Shown here in pieces: positions 17,955 to 27,178 of a stretch of 64,000 nucleotides of DNA. Numbering within the stretch: position 1 is the first letter of the stretch; each line of letters opens with the position of its first letter. The stretch comes from a bacterium (GTDB taxonomy: Bacteria > UBA8248 > JACPRG01 > G963555815). The notes below the pieces were generated by a model. The model worked only from the letters and a program-made list of their open reading frames with translations, did not search any database and was not told where the DNA came from. The stretch lies in assembly GCA_965218795.1 (NCBI GenBank), contig OZ244653.1, positions 3,328,001-3,392,000 on the forward strand, given 5' to 3'. The position numbers were made by a program, and so were the translations under genes.

Positions 17955-20222
17955 CTACCGACTTTTTCTCAAAGCGGTGAGAACCCTCTCCGCCGTAATC
18001 GGAAGCTCGGTGATCCAGACACCCGTGGCGTCGTAGATGGCGTTGGCGATGGCCGCGGCGGTGGGCACACTGCCGCCCTCGGACGCCCCTTTCGCCCCGT
18101 ACGGCCCATAGGGGTCATGCGTCTCGATAGCGACCGACTCGACGGAGGGCACCGATTCCGCCTTGGGGAGCGCATAATCCCCGAAATTCCCGTTGACGAC
18201 CTGGCCGCCCTCGGTCTTCAATTCTTCCGTGAGAGCGAAGCCGACTCCCTGGACCGCCGCGCCCTCCACCTGACCGTGAACGGCCAGGGGATTCAGCATC
18301 CGCCCGACGTCGTCCGCCGACACCAGCCGAACGAGCTGGACGTGGCCCGTTTCCATATCCACCTCGACCTCCGCCATCTGCGCGGCAAATTCGTAGGCGA
18401 CCGAAATATTTCCCGCCATGGTTTTCGGATCGTAGTTCTCGGACGGAGGGTCCCATTCACCCTCCCCCCGGATGGGCTCACCGCCATTACGCCGGACGGC
18501 CTCCGGGCAAACCTCGTCCAGGGACACCGACCGCTCGGGCGAACCTTTGACCCGGAAGGCCCCCCCGGCCCATTCGATGTCATCCACCGCGGCTTCCAGC
18601 ATTTCCGCGGCCACGGGCGCAAGCTTCGATTTCAGGTCTTCGACGGCGTTCCTGATCGCGTGCCCGGCGATGAGGGCGAGACGGCTCGCGAACGCTCCCA
18701 GGGTATTCGGCGTGTCCTCGGTGTTGGTCTCGGCCACCTCGACCCGGTCCAGGCCCAAATTCAGTTCCTCGGCGGTGACGACGGCGGCAAGGGTTCGGGC
18801 GCCTTGGCCGATGTCGCCGTCTCCCGACCGGACCACCGCCCGCCCTTCCTCATTCAAATCGATGTGGGCCCGGGCGCCCTCCCATTCGAACTGCAAGCGG
18901 TTTCCGCTCACATGAACGGCGCAGGCGAGGCCGAGGCCCCGGCGAATCCTTCCGTTCTCCTTTTTCGCGCCCAACCAATCCACGGCCCCGGTGCAGTAAC
19001 GGATGGCCTCCTCCAGACCGCAGGATTCGTATTTCCAGTGATGGGCTGTGACGTCGCCCGTCCGGACGACGTTCTTCAGCCGGATCTCCGCCGGGTCCAT
19101 TCCAATCTCATGCGCCAACCCATCCACGGCGCACTCCTGGGGAAAGGTCCCCTGGGGATTTCCAAACCCGCGGTAGGCGCCGGTCGGGATCTTGTTGGTA
19201 TAAACGAGGAAGCCTTCACCGCGAATGTGCTCGAGCCGATAGAGGTTATCGGGGCGGTAGAGCGCGGTCAGCATGATGCCCTTGGCCAGACCCGTGTAAG
19301 CCCCGTTATCCGACACCATGCGGGACTCCTTGGTCAGCAGGGTGCCGTCCTTCTTCGCTCCCATGCGAATCCAGGTCTTCGTGGGAACCCGCGGGCGAGC
19401 CCCCTGGAACTCGTCCCAGCGGGAATTGATGATTCGGACGGGACGTTCCGCTTTCATGGCCAGCACCAGCGTGATGAAGGCGTTGGCATCATCCTGGGAT
19501 TTTCCCCCGAAGCCCCCTCCCACAAAGGGCTGAACGACTTTGATGTTTTCCGGTTTCAGGCCCAGGACCCTGGCCATCAGACTGCGCGACTCGAAGATGA
19601 CCTGAAAGGGGGAATAGACCGTGTAGTTCCCCCTGCCTTCCGGAACGGCCAGGGTGCCGTTCGGCTCCATGTACGCCTGGTACATCAGGGGCGTGGCGTA
19701 GGTGTTTTCATAGACGGCGTCCGCCTGCTTCAGGGCGGCATCCACGTCTCCCCGCTCGATCCGCTGCCGGTGCGTGACGTTGCCGCCTTCATGAATAGGC
19801 GGCGCATCCTCCGCCATGGCTTCTTCCGGGTCGAAGACCGCGGGAAGGGGGTCGTACGCTACATCGATCAGCTCAATGGCCTCGGCCGCGGCGGCATCGT
19901 CCTCGGCTGCGACGGCGGCGACCTCCTCCCCAATGTACCGGACCTTGTCCCGGGCCAGGATGGTCTGGTCCTTGACGTCGGCGGTGCTCCACCTCTGTTC
20001 GGGGGTATCGGCGGCCGTGATGATCGTGTGGACGCCGGACACCTTCAGGGCCTTGCCGACGTCGACGTTCAGGATGCGGGCGTGGGCGTGCGGGCTTCTG
20101 AGCACCTTGCCGTGAAGGACGTCCGGCACCCGGATGTCGGCCACATAGTCGGCGGTTCCCGAGACCTTCAACGGAGCATCCACCAAAGGTATCGGTTTTC
20201 CGATGTATCTCAATTCGTCCAT
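17955..20222 (-). CDS. xanthine dehydrogenase family molybdopterin-binding large subunit (HcrA/CoxL-like)
   Basis: RSPHAHARI, YMEPN, GGGFGGK, AYRGFGNPQ, IGQG, GQVEG, AKGASEG; start MDELRYIG. Confidence 0.93.
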   Translation of the reverse strand: MDELRYIGKPIPLVDAPLKVSGTADYVADIRVPDVLHGKVLRSPHAHARILNVDVGKALKVSGVHTIITAADTPEQRWSTADVKDQTILARDKVRYIGEEVAAVAAEDDAAAAEAIELIDVAYDPLPAVFDPEEAMAEDAPPIHEGGNVTHRQRIERGDVDAALKQADAVYENTYATPLMYQAYMEPNGTLAVPEGRGNYTVYSPFQVIFESRSLMARVLGLKPENIKVVQPFVGGGFGGKSQDDANAFITLVLAMKAERPVRIINSRWDEFQGARPRVPTKTWIRMGAKKDGTLLTKESRMVSDNGAYTGLAKGIMLTALYRPDNLYRLEHIRGEGFLVYTNKIPTGAYRGFGNPQGTFPQECAVDGLAHEIGMDPAEIRLKNVVRTGDVTAHHWKYESCGLEEAIRYCTGAVDWLGAKKENGRIRRGLGLACAVHVSGNRLQFEWEGARAHIDLNEEGRAVVRSGDGDIGQGARTLAAVVTAEELNLGLDRVEVAETNTEDTPNTLGAFASRLALIAGHAIRNAVEDLKSKLAPVAAEMLEAAVDDIEWAGGAFRVKGSPERSVSLDEVCPEAVRRNGGEPIRGEGEWDPPSENYDPKTMAGNISVAYEFAAQMAEVEVDMETGHVQLVRLVSADDVGRMLNPLAVHGQVEGAAVQGVGFALTEELKTEGGQVVNGNFGDYALPKAESVPSVESVAIETHDPYGPYGAKGASEGGSVPTAAAIANAIYDATGVWITELPITAERVLTALRKSR

Positions 20223-20298
20223 ATCATGACTCCCGCTCCTATCAGTTCTGCCCATGCCTGGAAGAAAACCGCAAGCTCTTGGGGAACGCTTATTCAAG

Positions 20299-20530
20299 CC
20301 GAGGGGACATTTTGAAATTGTCCCCTCGGACTCCCCTCAAAAACTTTCTTTTCGCGATGGCAGACCCGTGGTCAGCAGACTGGGAAGATTTTTTGCGGGG
20401 GGCGCTTTTCGGTGGCAACGTGCCACTGCGGTTTCGCGGCGCCCATCGGGCGCCGCAACCGGGCTGGACAGGGGTATCGGAGATTGTCCACTTCTTGTGC
20501 CCGGCGAGAACGGTGCAGGCCGTGCCTGCC
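20299..20530. repeat. modular palindromic element, copy E (empty terminal unit)
   Basis: CCGAGGGGACATTTTGAAATTGTCCCCTCGG..CAAAAACTTTC is the terminal unit without the 120-bp insert; CCCGGCGAGAACGGTGCAGGCC is shared with about 21592. Confidence 0.75.
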
Positions 20531-20563
20531 CCCTCGGAATCCTCTTTCTCCTCATTCGTGATT

Positions 20564-21328
20564 TCAGGGCCTGCCGCTCTTTTCGGAAGCCGCCGCGTTC
20601 CACTCGCGCGCATTGATGCTTTCGCCCGTCATACCAAGAGCATCATCGGATGCGAGAAACACCGCGGGACCGACCAACGCATCGACGGGCTGCAACTGCT
20701 CGTCGGGGAGCACTTCGGCATATTTCGAGCGGGCGGGAACGGCGTACCTGCCCATTTCCGTCAGGGCGGCTCCGCCCGGGTGGATTGCGTTGACCCGGAT
20801 TCCGTGCTCCTTCACCTCCTCGGCCAAGGATTGGGTGAATCCCTCCACGCCGAACTTGGAAGCCGAGTACGCGCTCACGAGTGCTCCGCCCCGATAGCCG
20901 AAACCGGAAGTGACGTTCAGGATCAGACCCCGTTTTCGCGGGATCATTCCCTTGAGCGCCTCGCGGCTGGAAAGAAAAGTCCCCCTCAGGTTGATCGCGA
21001 AAAGGTTGTCCCATGCCTCCGTGTCCAAATCGATGACCGGCTGGACAACGATGACCCCGGCGCAGTTCAAGAGAACATCGACTTCGCCGAATTCAGACCG
21101 GGTCCGCTCGAAGAGATGCTGGACGCTCTCCTCGTCCCGCACATCCGTATGGACCGCCAGCGCCTTGCCGCCCTGAGCGATCAAGTCGCTCGTGACGGCC
21201 TCCACCTCCGCAGCCACTTCCGAGGCGAGGACAACCTTTGCGCCTTCCCGGCAGAATGCGCGGGCCACCTGCTCGCCCAGCCCCCTTCCGGCGCCCGTGA
21301 TCATGGCAGTCTGGTCTTCCATTTTCAT
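20564..21328 (-). CDS. short-chain dehydrogenase/reductase
   Basis: TGAGRGLG, NCAG, YSASK, VNAIHPG. Confidence 0.93.
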   Translation of the reverse strand: MKMEDQTAMITGAGRGLGEQVARAFCREGAKVVLASEVAAEVEAVTSDLIAQGGKALAVHTDVRDEESVQHLFERTRSEFGEVDVLLNCAGVIVVQPVIDLDTEAWDNLFAINLRGTFLSSREALKGMIPRKRGLILNVTSGFGYRGGALVSAYSASKFGVEGFTQSLAEEVKEHGIRVNAIHPGGAALTEMGRYAVPARSKYAEVLPDEQLQPVDALVGPAVFLASDDALGMTGESINAREWNAAASEKSGRP

Positions 21329-21607
21329 GGCCGATACCCGGATGCAGGTCTGAATCGGTGGTGAACGTCCGGTCAGGTTAGCACAGGACCCCCTGTGACG
21401 CAGGGGCGTCAAGAGGCGACGCGCCTCGGCGTTTTCGTCGTGCTCCGCACGGCCGTAAAGGAGGGGCGGAGCCTGTCCCGAGCGAAGCGAGGGATCTCCC
21501 TTTCATCGGCAACGGTCCCCGCGATTTCCTGGCGTCTCAAGAGCACCGCAGCCGAGCTGAAGGAGGGTATCCTCATTGATTCAACGCTTGTCCCGGCGAG
21601 AACGGTG

Positions 21608-21727
21608 CAGGCCCGCCTGGGCTCCCTCCAAAAGCAAAAAATCGAACAAAACCCGGTCGTCGTGAACCGGAACTCCCCACTCTTCATCATGATATCGAAT
21701 GGAGAGTTCGTTTCCAGCCCATTGGCA
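21608..21727 (-). pseudogene. tag: 120-bp duplicate of the 5' part of tag
   Basis: Direct repeat of 17017-17136 with 5 mismatches counted; no start codon, truncated after AQAGL. Confidence 0.92.
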
Positions 21728-21816
21728 GAGAAGATGGATTCCGGCCGCAACCTGCCCCCCGAAGGCTTTCGTCGGGAGCGGGAAGGACCGATGGGTGGGG
21801 TTGCGTGACGCTGTTT

Positions 21817-21844
21817 CGTCATTCCTGCGCAAGCAGGAATCCAG
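21817..21844. repeat. RS3/RPE-like short palindrome
   Basis: CGTCATTCCTGCGCAAGCAGGAATCCAG; a possible degenerate inverted half TGGATTCC.. at 21735; another palindrome class (CCTGTCCCGAGCGAAGCGAGGGATCT) at 21472. Confidence 0.65.
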
Positions 21845-21859
21845 GCAACACGGGACGGG

Positions 21860-22026
21860 CTGCGAGAGAAGGACCTGAGCGCGTACCTGAAGACGCCTCG
21901 TCAAGACGCCTCGTCTAGTTCTACAACAGCGAGCGTCCTCATCAGGGCTGCCGCAACATGGGCAGGAGACCCATCGTCACGGTCAGGAAGTTTATCCAAA
22001 CTGTGAGGAATGAAGCCCGATTATAC
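21860..22026 (+). mobile_element. IS481-family transposase 3' remnant with probable right end
   Basis: EKDLSAYLK[26-bp insert]FYNSERPHQGCRNMGRRPI matches the integrase-core C-terminal YNxERPHQG motif; ends ..GATTATAC. Confidence 0.7.
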
Positions 22027-22029
22027 TCA

Positions 22030-23109
22030 TCAGTTTTTCTTCTTGGTTCTGCCCCTGCCTTTTCCCTTCCGGACCGCGTCGCGCTTGGCCTTGAGCATGT
22101 TCTTCTTCGGATCGATCCCCATCAGCCGGGCCAGGTTGCCGCCGAAAAACCTGAACTTGTCCTCCCTGGTGATCTCCGGATAGCCGTACTTCTCCTGAAG
22201 TTCCTCGGTCATTTTCAGGTTCAGGACGGCCTGGATGCTCTGACCGGGATCGGAGGCCGGCCAGTCGCTGCCCCAGATAAACCGGTCGGAACCGGCGATT
22301 TGCATCGTCGTCCCCACCATGTGGAGGAACCGCTCGGGGGCCCGGAGCAGCCATGGCAGGAGGATGGAGTAGCTGATGTGGAAGTTCGGGTGCTTCCACG
22401 CCAGCATGGCCGTCTCCTCCCAGTAGGGATAGCCACCGTGGTAGGCCACCACCTTGAGGTCGGGAAAGTCGATCATGACGTCGTCCAACAGAAACGGAAG
22501 GGTGTACTTGGTGTAGCCGATCCGAATGGTCAGGCCGGTGTGGAAGAAGGCGACGATGCCCATCTCCTCGCACTTCTCGTAGACCGGCCACAGACGGCGG
22601 TCGTTGATGTAGGTGTCCTCGGGCATGTAGAACTTCGTGGTCTTGAAGTTGAAGTTCGTGTGGAGATACTCCAGCTCCCAGAGGATGTCCGAGGTTTTCC
22701 GCTTGCTGAACGGACCGACGTTGGAGCAGCCGATGAACCGGTCGGGATATTTCTCCAGGGCATCGATGACGTGCTGGTTGGTGGAGAAGGGAGCGTGGTC
22801 CATGGCCGTGTCGATGAAGGATTCGCGCATCAGGCAGGATTGATCGACGCCGCAGGAATCGTAATCGGCGATGATCTTCTCCATCGTCCAGTCCATCCCC
22901 GGGTGCGGGTACTCCTTGCCACTGACGTGATCGGTCCACTGCCAATGCATGCACATCTTGTGGGCATATTCGAACGTCGACGTCGCGGGGAAATACTTGA
23001 TGTAGCGCCGGTAGTCCTCCGGCATGACGTGGGCCTCACAGTCGCAGATGTAGTAATCAAGCGTTGTGTCGTTGGGGTCATGGGCCGCGACCGGCCAGCT
23101 CTCTGACAT
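22030..23109 (-). CDS. amidohydrolase family protein (Amidohydro_2)
   Basis: DCEAH, YPDRFIG, FHTG, HGGYP, WGSDWP; GGAGGAG RBS. Confidence 0.88.
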   Translation of the reverse strand: MSESWPVAAHDPNDTTLDYYICDCEAHVMPEDYRRYIKYFPATSTFEYAHKMCMHWQWTDHVSGKEYPHPGMDWTMEKIIADYDSCGVDQSCLMRESFIDTAMDHAPFSTNQHVIDALEKYPDRFIGCSNVGPFSKRKTSDILWELEYLHTNFNFKTTKFYMPEDTYINDRRLWPVYEKCEEMGIVAFFHTGLTIRIGYTKYTLPFLLDDVMIDFPDLKVVAYHGGYPYWEETAMLAWKHPNFHISYSILLPWLLRAPERFLHMVGTTMQIAGSDRFIWGSDWPASDPGQSIQAVLNLKMTEELQEKYGYPEITREDKFRFFGGNLARLMGIDPKKNMLKAKRDAVRKGKGRGRTKKKN

Positions 23110-23255
23110 GAATCTTCTCCTCCCTGGATTGGATCGCGCCCAGGCGGGCGCACCGGAAATCGGGTCATCCCGTGAACCGGATCGCGGGATCCGCTCGATC
23201 GAAAAACCAAAGGATTGATGGGCGATTTCCCGTTTACCACGCCGTCACGGACGAT

Positions 23256-24638
23256 TCAAGTCCCGCGGACTGTCAATGATCCCGCCTCACAGGCGGCGAT
23301 GACCCCGTCCACGAGCGCACCGCAGTGATCGACGTAATTCGATGGGTCAAGCAGCTCCTCAATCTCACCGGCCGAGAGGCGGGACGAGACATTTTCATCT
23401 TTCTCGAGAAGCTCCCGGAAGGGGATCCCTTTTTCGAAGGCCTCCATGCTGATCTCGTAGACAAAGTCGTGGGCGGTCTGCCGACCGACGGATTCGCCCA
23501 ACCGAAGCATAACGGCTTCGGATAGAATCAGACCGCCCAGCGCATCCAGGTTTCTGCGCATTTGATCCGGCTTCACGATCAGGTTGCCCAGCACGAAATT
23601 CATCTGGTGCAGGATCGCTCCGGTCAAAATGCAGCCTTCAGGAACGAACTCCCACTCGGACTGCCAAGCCGACATGTCGCGCTCGTGTTCCGACATCATC
23701 ACTTCCATCGCCAAGGGGACGTGACTCCGAACAATGCGGGAGATGGAGATGACGGCTTCGCAGATCATCGGGTTGCGCTTGTGCGGCATGGTGGAGCTTC
23801 CGACTTTTCCGCGGTGGAACGGCTCCTCCAGCTCGTCGACTTCGGTTTTCATCAGGTTCATGATCTCGTTGGCGATCTTTCCCATCGTGCCCGCCAACAG
23901 ACCCAGCAGGGCGGTCCATTCGGCCGTGCCGTCCCGGGCCGCATGCCAGGAGATCGGGGGGTTGGCGAGCCCGAGATCCTCGGCCACGAGCCGCTGGATC
24001 TTCAGCGCATCCTTTCCGAAGCTGTTCAGGGTGCCCACCGCTCCGGCCAGACTCAGAACCAGAATACGGCCGCGGGCATCGCGAAGCCGCTCCCGTGTCC
24101 GTTGAAGCTCAGCCAGCCAGACCGCCACCTTGAACCCGAAGGTGATGGGCAGGGCGTGAACCCCATGCGTGCGGCCGGCCATTAACGTGTCACGGTACTT
24201 CCGGGCCATCCCGCACAGGATCCGGATGGTCTCGGCCAGATCCCGCTCGATGACGTCATAGGCCTCACGGAGCTGGAGGACCATACCGGTGTCGATGATG
24301 TCCTGGGTGGTCGCCCCCCAGTGGATGTACTCACCGGCGTCGCCCTCGCACACAGTCTGGTAAGCGCGAAGAAAGGGGACGATGGGATGACTGGTTTCGT
24401 CGATGCCCCGCTTGATGGCATCCGCGTCCAGCAGGTCCGCGGATGCCTTGCGGGAGATCTCTTCCGCAGCCGGCTTGGGTATGACGCCCACGCTCGCCTC
24501 CGCCCGCGCAAGGGCCGCCTCTACATCCAGCCACTTTTGGAGGAGGCTTCGGTCCTCGAAAATCTTCCGCATCTCCTCGGTCCCGAACTGGTCCCGGAAA
24601 AGCGCGGAGTCCACCATGTGGGAGGGCATGGAGATCAA
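23256..24638 (-). CDS. adenylosuccinate lyase / 3-carboxy-cis,cis-muconate cycloisomerase family lyase
   Basis: HWGATTQDI, GRTHG, GSSTMPHKRNP; catabolic context suggests a PcaB-like role rather than housekeeping purB. Confidence 0.88.
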   Translation of the reverse strand: MISMPSHMVDSALFRDQFGTEEMRKIFEDRSLLQKWLDVEAALARAEASVGVIPKPAAEEISRKASADLLDADAIKRGIDETSHPIVPFLRAYQTVCEGDAGEYIHWGATTQDIIDTGMVLQLREAYDVIERDLAETIRILCGMARKYRDTLMAGRTHGVHALPITFGFKVAVWLAELQRTRERLRDARGRILVLSLAGAVGTLNSFGKDALKIQRLVAEDLGLANPPISWHAARDGTAEWTALLGLLAGTMGKIANEIMNLMKTEVDELEEPFHRGKVGSSTMPHKRNPMICEAVISISRIVRSHVPLAMEVMMSEHERDMSAWQSEWEFVPEGCILTGAILHQMNFVLGNLIVKPDQMRRNLDALGGLILSEAVMLRLGESVGRQTAHDFVYEISMEAFEKGIPFRELLEKDENVSSRLSAGEIEELLDPSNYVDHCGALVDGVIAACEAGSLTVRGT

Positions 24639-25009
24639 TCCTCCAGAGGGCGCTTGCGGATGGCGTCCGTGATGCCCTTGGGCGGGATGAAGACGACCAG
24701 GAGCGTCGCCATGGGGACGCCCCCGTTCTCGTGGCGGTGCTCAAGCCCTTCGGGAATGAAGGCCGCGCTGCCTTCGGGAAGTTCAACGCGGCTTCCGTCC
24801 GGGTAGCCGATGGCGTTCATCCCTTTGAGCGAGTAGACAATTTCAATCTGGCCTTCGCGGGTATGGTACTCGGAGGCCGTCCCTTCGGCGAAGTCCACCT
24901 GGACCGCAGCGGCTTCCTCCAGACCCGCCTGGTGGTCCAATAGAATTCTGGTGAGGCGTCCGCCCTCGGCCGTGTGACCTTTGATTTCCTTTGAGTTGAC
25001 AACTTTCAC
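24635..25009 (-). CDS. cupin domain protein
   Basis: YHTREGQIEIVYSLKG..FIPEGLEHRHEN; GTG start with AAAGGA RBS. Confidence 0.85.
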   Translation of the reverse strand: MKVVNSKEIKGHTAEGGRLTRILLDHQAGLEEAAAVQVDFAEGTASEYHTREGQIEIVYSLKGMNAIGYPDGSRVELPEGSAAFIPEGLEHRHENGGVPMATLLVVFIPPKGITDAIRKRPLED

Positions 25010-25127
25010 AGGTCGTCCTTTTCCCCCGGCGCGAGGAAGCCAATGAATCCATCGCGCGCAACCGAACATCCGGAACCGGGGCGCTCCTGACCGGATGAGA
25101 AATCGGTCCTGCTCGTAGACCCTCAGC

Positions 25128-26015
25128 CTAGAATTTCTGGAATTCCTTCCGGATTTCCGGCTCACCGAAGGTGACCGTGCGATAAAAGCTCGGCGTGGTT
25201 TCCGGAGGACGTTCTTCCTCATACCGTCGCATGTTGACGTAAAGCTCGATGGCGTGCCGATCGGGATCGAAAAAATAGATCTCGACGTGATGCCCCTGGT
25301 TCCAGAACCCCGGACCTTTCTCAATCCGCACGTTCTTTTCTCTTAGAAACCTCTCGGCCCGGGCCATATCCGGAATGGTTCCGATGTCGAACGCCATGTG
25401 GTGGAGTCCGACCGAATCCCCTTCAGGCAGCGGGACCAACCCCAGGTCATGATGGAGCGGGGTGCACCTCATGAAGACCAATCCCAGCTCGTTGTACTCC
25501 GTCACTTTCAAGCCCAGAAGGCCCCGATAAAAATTCTCTGATTTTTTCGTATCGGATACTTTGACGACCACGTGGCCCAACATCCCGGGCGCGATGCCGC
25601 ATTCTTCCGGCGATCTTTCCACGGGCGGGATGGGGTTCGACGCTTCCTTCGGGACGACCAGCCGGACCGTCATTCCGTCGGGATCCAACACGCCCAGGCT
25701 GTCGGAACCGGGCCGGGGGCCTTCTTCCGGCTCGTGGACGATCCGATAACCTTCGCTCTCCAGGTTGGCCGCCAGGGCCCGCAAGTCGGTATCCGGCTCC
25801 AGTTCGTACGCGAAATGCTCGATGGCCACCGGTTCATCCGTCCCTCCCGGAATCAAAGACAGAGAGCAGCGGCCGTCGGCGCTTCCAAGCCAGGTGGGGC
25901 CGCCGTCGGTCCGCAGAAGGGTGTCAAACCCCAGCGCCTCGCGGTAAAAGGATTCGGCCCCCTGGAGATCGCTGGCGCGGATTGCGATGTGATCGAGCCG
26001 ATTCACCCTCGGCAT
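25128..26015 (-). CDS. two-domain VOC protein, extradiol (catechol 2,3-) dioxygenase-like
   Basis: LDHIAI..EHFAY; C-domain LGHVV, HHDL, LHHMAF, YFFDP..IELY ligands. Confidence 0.85.
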   Translation of the reverse strand: MPRVNRLDHIAIRASDLQGAESFYREALGFDTLLRTDGGPTWLGSADGRCSLSLIPGGTDEPVAIEHFAYELEPDTDLRALAANLESEGYRIVHEPEEGPRPGSDSLGVLDPDGMTVRLVVPKEASNPIPPVERSPEECGIAPGMLGHVVVKVSDTKKSENFYRGLLGLKVTEYNELGLVFMRCTPLHHDLGLVPLPEGDSVGLHHMAFDIGTIPDMARAERFLREKNVRIEKGPGFWNQGHHVEIYFFDPDRHAIELYVNMRRYEEERPPETTPSFYRTVTFGEPEIRKEFQKF

Positions 26016-26266
26016 GACCGTTCTCCCCATTCGGGTTCGAGCGTCAGGACAGGCAGGGGAAATCGCATTCGGCAGGCATTCCGGCATCCGCCGGGGCGAA
26101 AGCCGGGTTCCCCCGGTGACGCCGACCGCTCCTATGATTCAGCCTGAATTTCTGGATTGATGAGCGAGTATACGGGAATTGGCCTATCCCCACAACAAAG
26201 GGTAAGATTCGAAAATCGGGGAATATGGGTCGCACCGCAAGAGGCGCCGCCTGGAGAGAAGCCGGG

Positions 26267-27178
26267 ATGGATAAACGAGTGGGTTTCATCGGACTCGGGA
26301 ACATGGGCGCACCCATGACCCGGCGGCTGGTCGAGGCCGGGTACGAAGTCTGGGGATACGACGTTCGCCCGGAATTGGTCGAAAACCTCCGAGAGACCGG
26401 CGGGCACGGCGCTGCGTCCATCGGCGAGGTCGCTGAGCGCGTCCCTGTCATCCTCCTCTGCCTGCCTGATTCCAGCGTGGTGGAGAGCGTCATCGAGGGG
26501 GAAGGCGGTTTGCTCTCGATTGCGAAAGCCGGTCAACTCATCTTCGACATGAGCTCTTCCTATCCGCCGAGCACTGTCCGGCTGGGCGGGCTGCTGAAAG
26601 CAAAGGGGGTCGATTTCCTCGACGCGCCCGTGAGCGGCGGCGTGCGCGGCGCGGTCGCGGGAACGCTGACAGTCATGGTCGGGGGGGACGAGCGGTTGTC
26701 TGAAAAGTGGGAAGGGCTGCTCCGTGTCTTCGGACCCAACATCTTTCACGCCGGCGCGCTCGGCACGGGCCATACGCTCAAGGCCTTGAACAACCTTCTC
26801 TCCGCCTCGAGTCTTGTAGCGGCCAGCGAGGCGCTGATCCTGGCCACGAGGCTCGGCCTGGATCCGGACAGAGTGATCGAGGTCCTCAATCAGAGCACGG
26901 GGCGAAGCGACGCAACCGTGACCAAGTTCCCCAAGTTCATTCTGCCCCGGACGTTCGACGCCGGTTTTCCCGTCGGGCTCTTGCGGAAGGACGTCTCCAT
27001 CGCGCTCCGCCTCGCCAAGGAAGAAAAAATTCCCATGCACTCGGGAAAGATCGTAGAGCAGATCCTGACCTATGCGGCCAATACCGGGGCGGCGGATTGG
27101 GACCACACGGCGCTGATCCGCATCCTGGAAGACTGGACCGGCGAAAAAGTTCAGGGCCGGGCCTCGCGTCCGGGATGA
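26267..27178 (+). CDS. NAD(P)-dependent 3-hydroxyisobutyrate/tartronate semialdehyde dehydrogenase family
   Basis: GFIGLGNMG, DAPVSGG, KALNN, F..LLRKD. Confidence 0.93.
   Translation: MDKRVGFIGLGNMGAPMTRRLVEAGYEVWGYDVRPELVENLRETGGHGAASIGEVAERVPVILLCLPDSSVVESVIEGEGGLLSIAKAGQLIFDMSSSYPPSTVRLGGLLKAKGVDFLDAPVSGGVRGAVAGTLTVMVGGDERLSEKWEGLLRVFGPNIFHAGALGTGHTLKALNNLLSASSLVAASEALILATRLGLDPDRVIEVLNQSTGRSDATVTKFPKFILPRTFDAGFPVGLLRKDVSIALRLAKEEKIPMHSGKIVEQILTYAANTGAADWDHTALIRILEDWTGEKVQGRASRPG

Noticed and set aside
17158-18036. Several 75-190 aa ORFs sharing peptides with ORFs at 12276-12946
   Set aside because: They are translations of the non-coding repeat modules in multiple frames.
18117-20315. 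732-aa plus-strand ORF
   Set aside because: Antisense shadow of the Mo-hydroxylase gene with no motifs, typical of high-GC codon bias.
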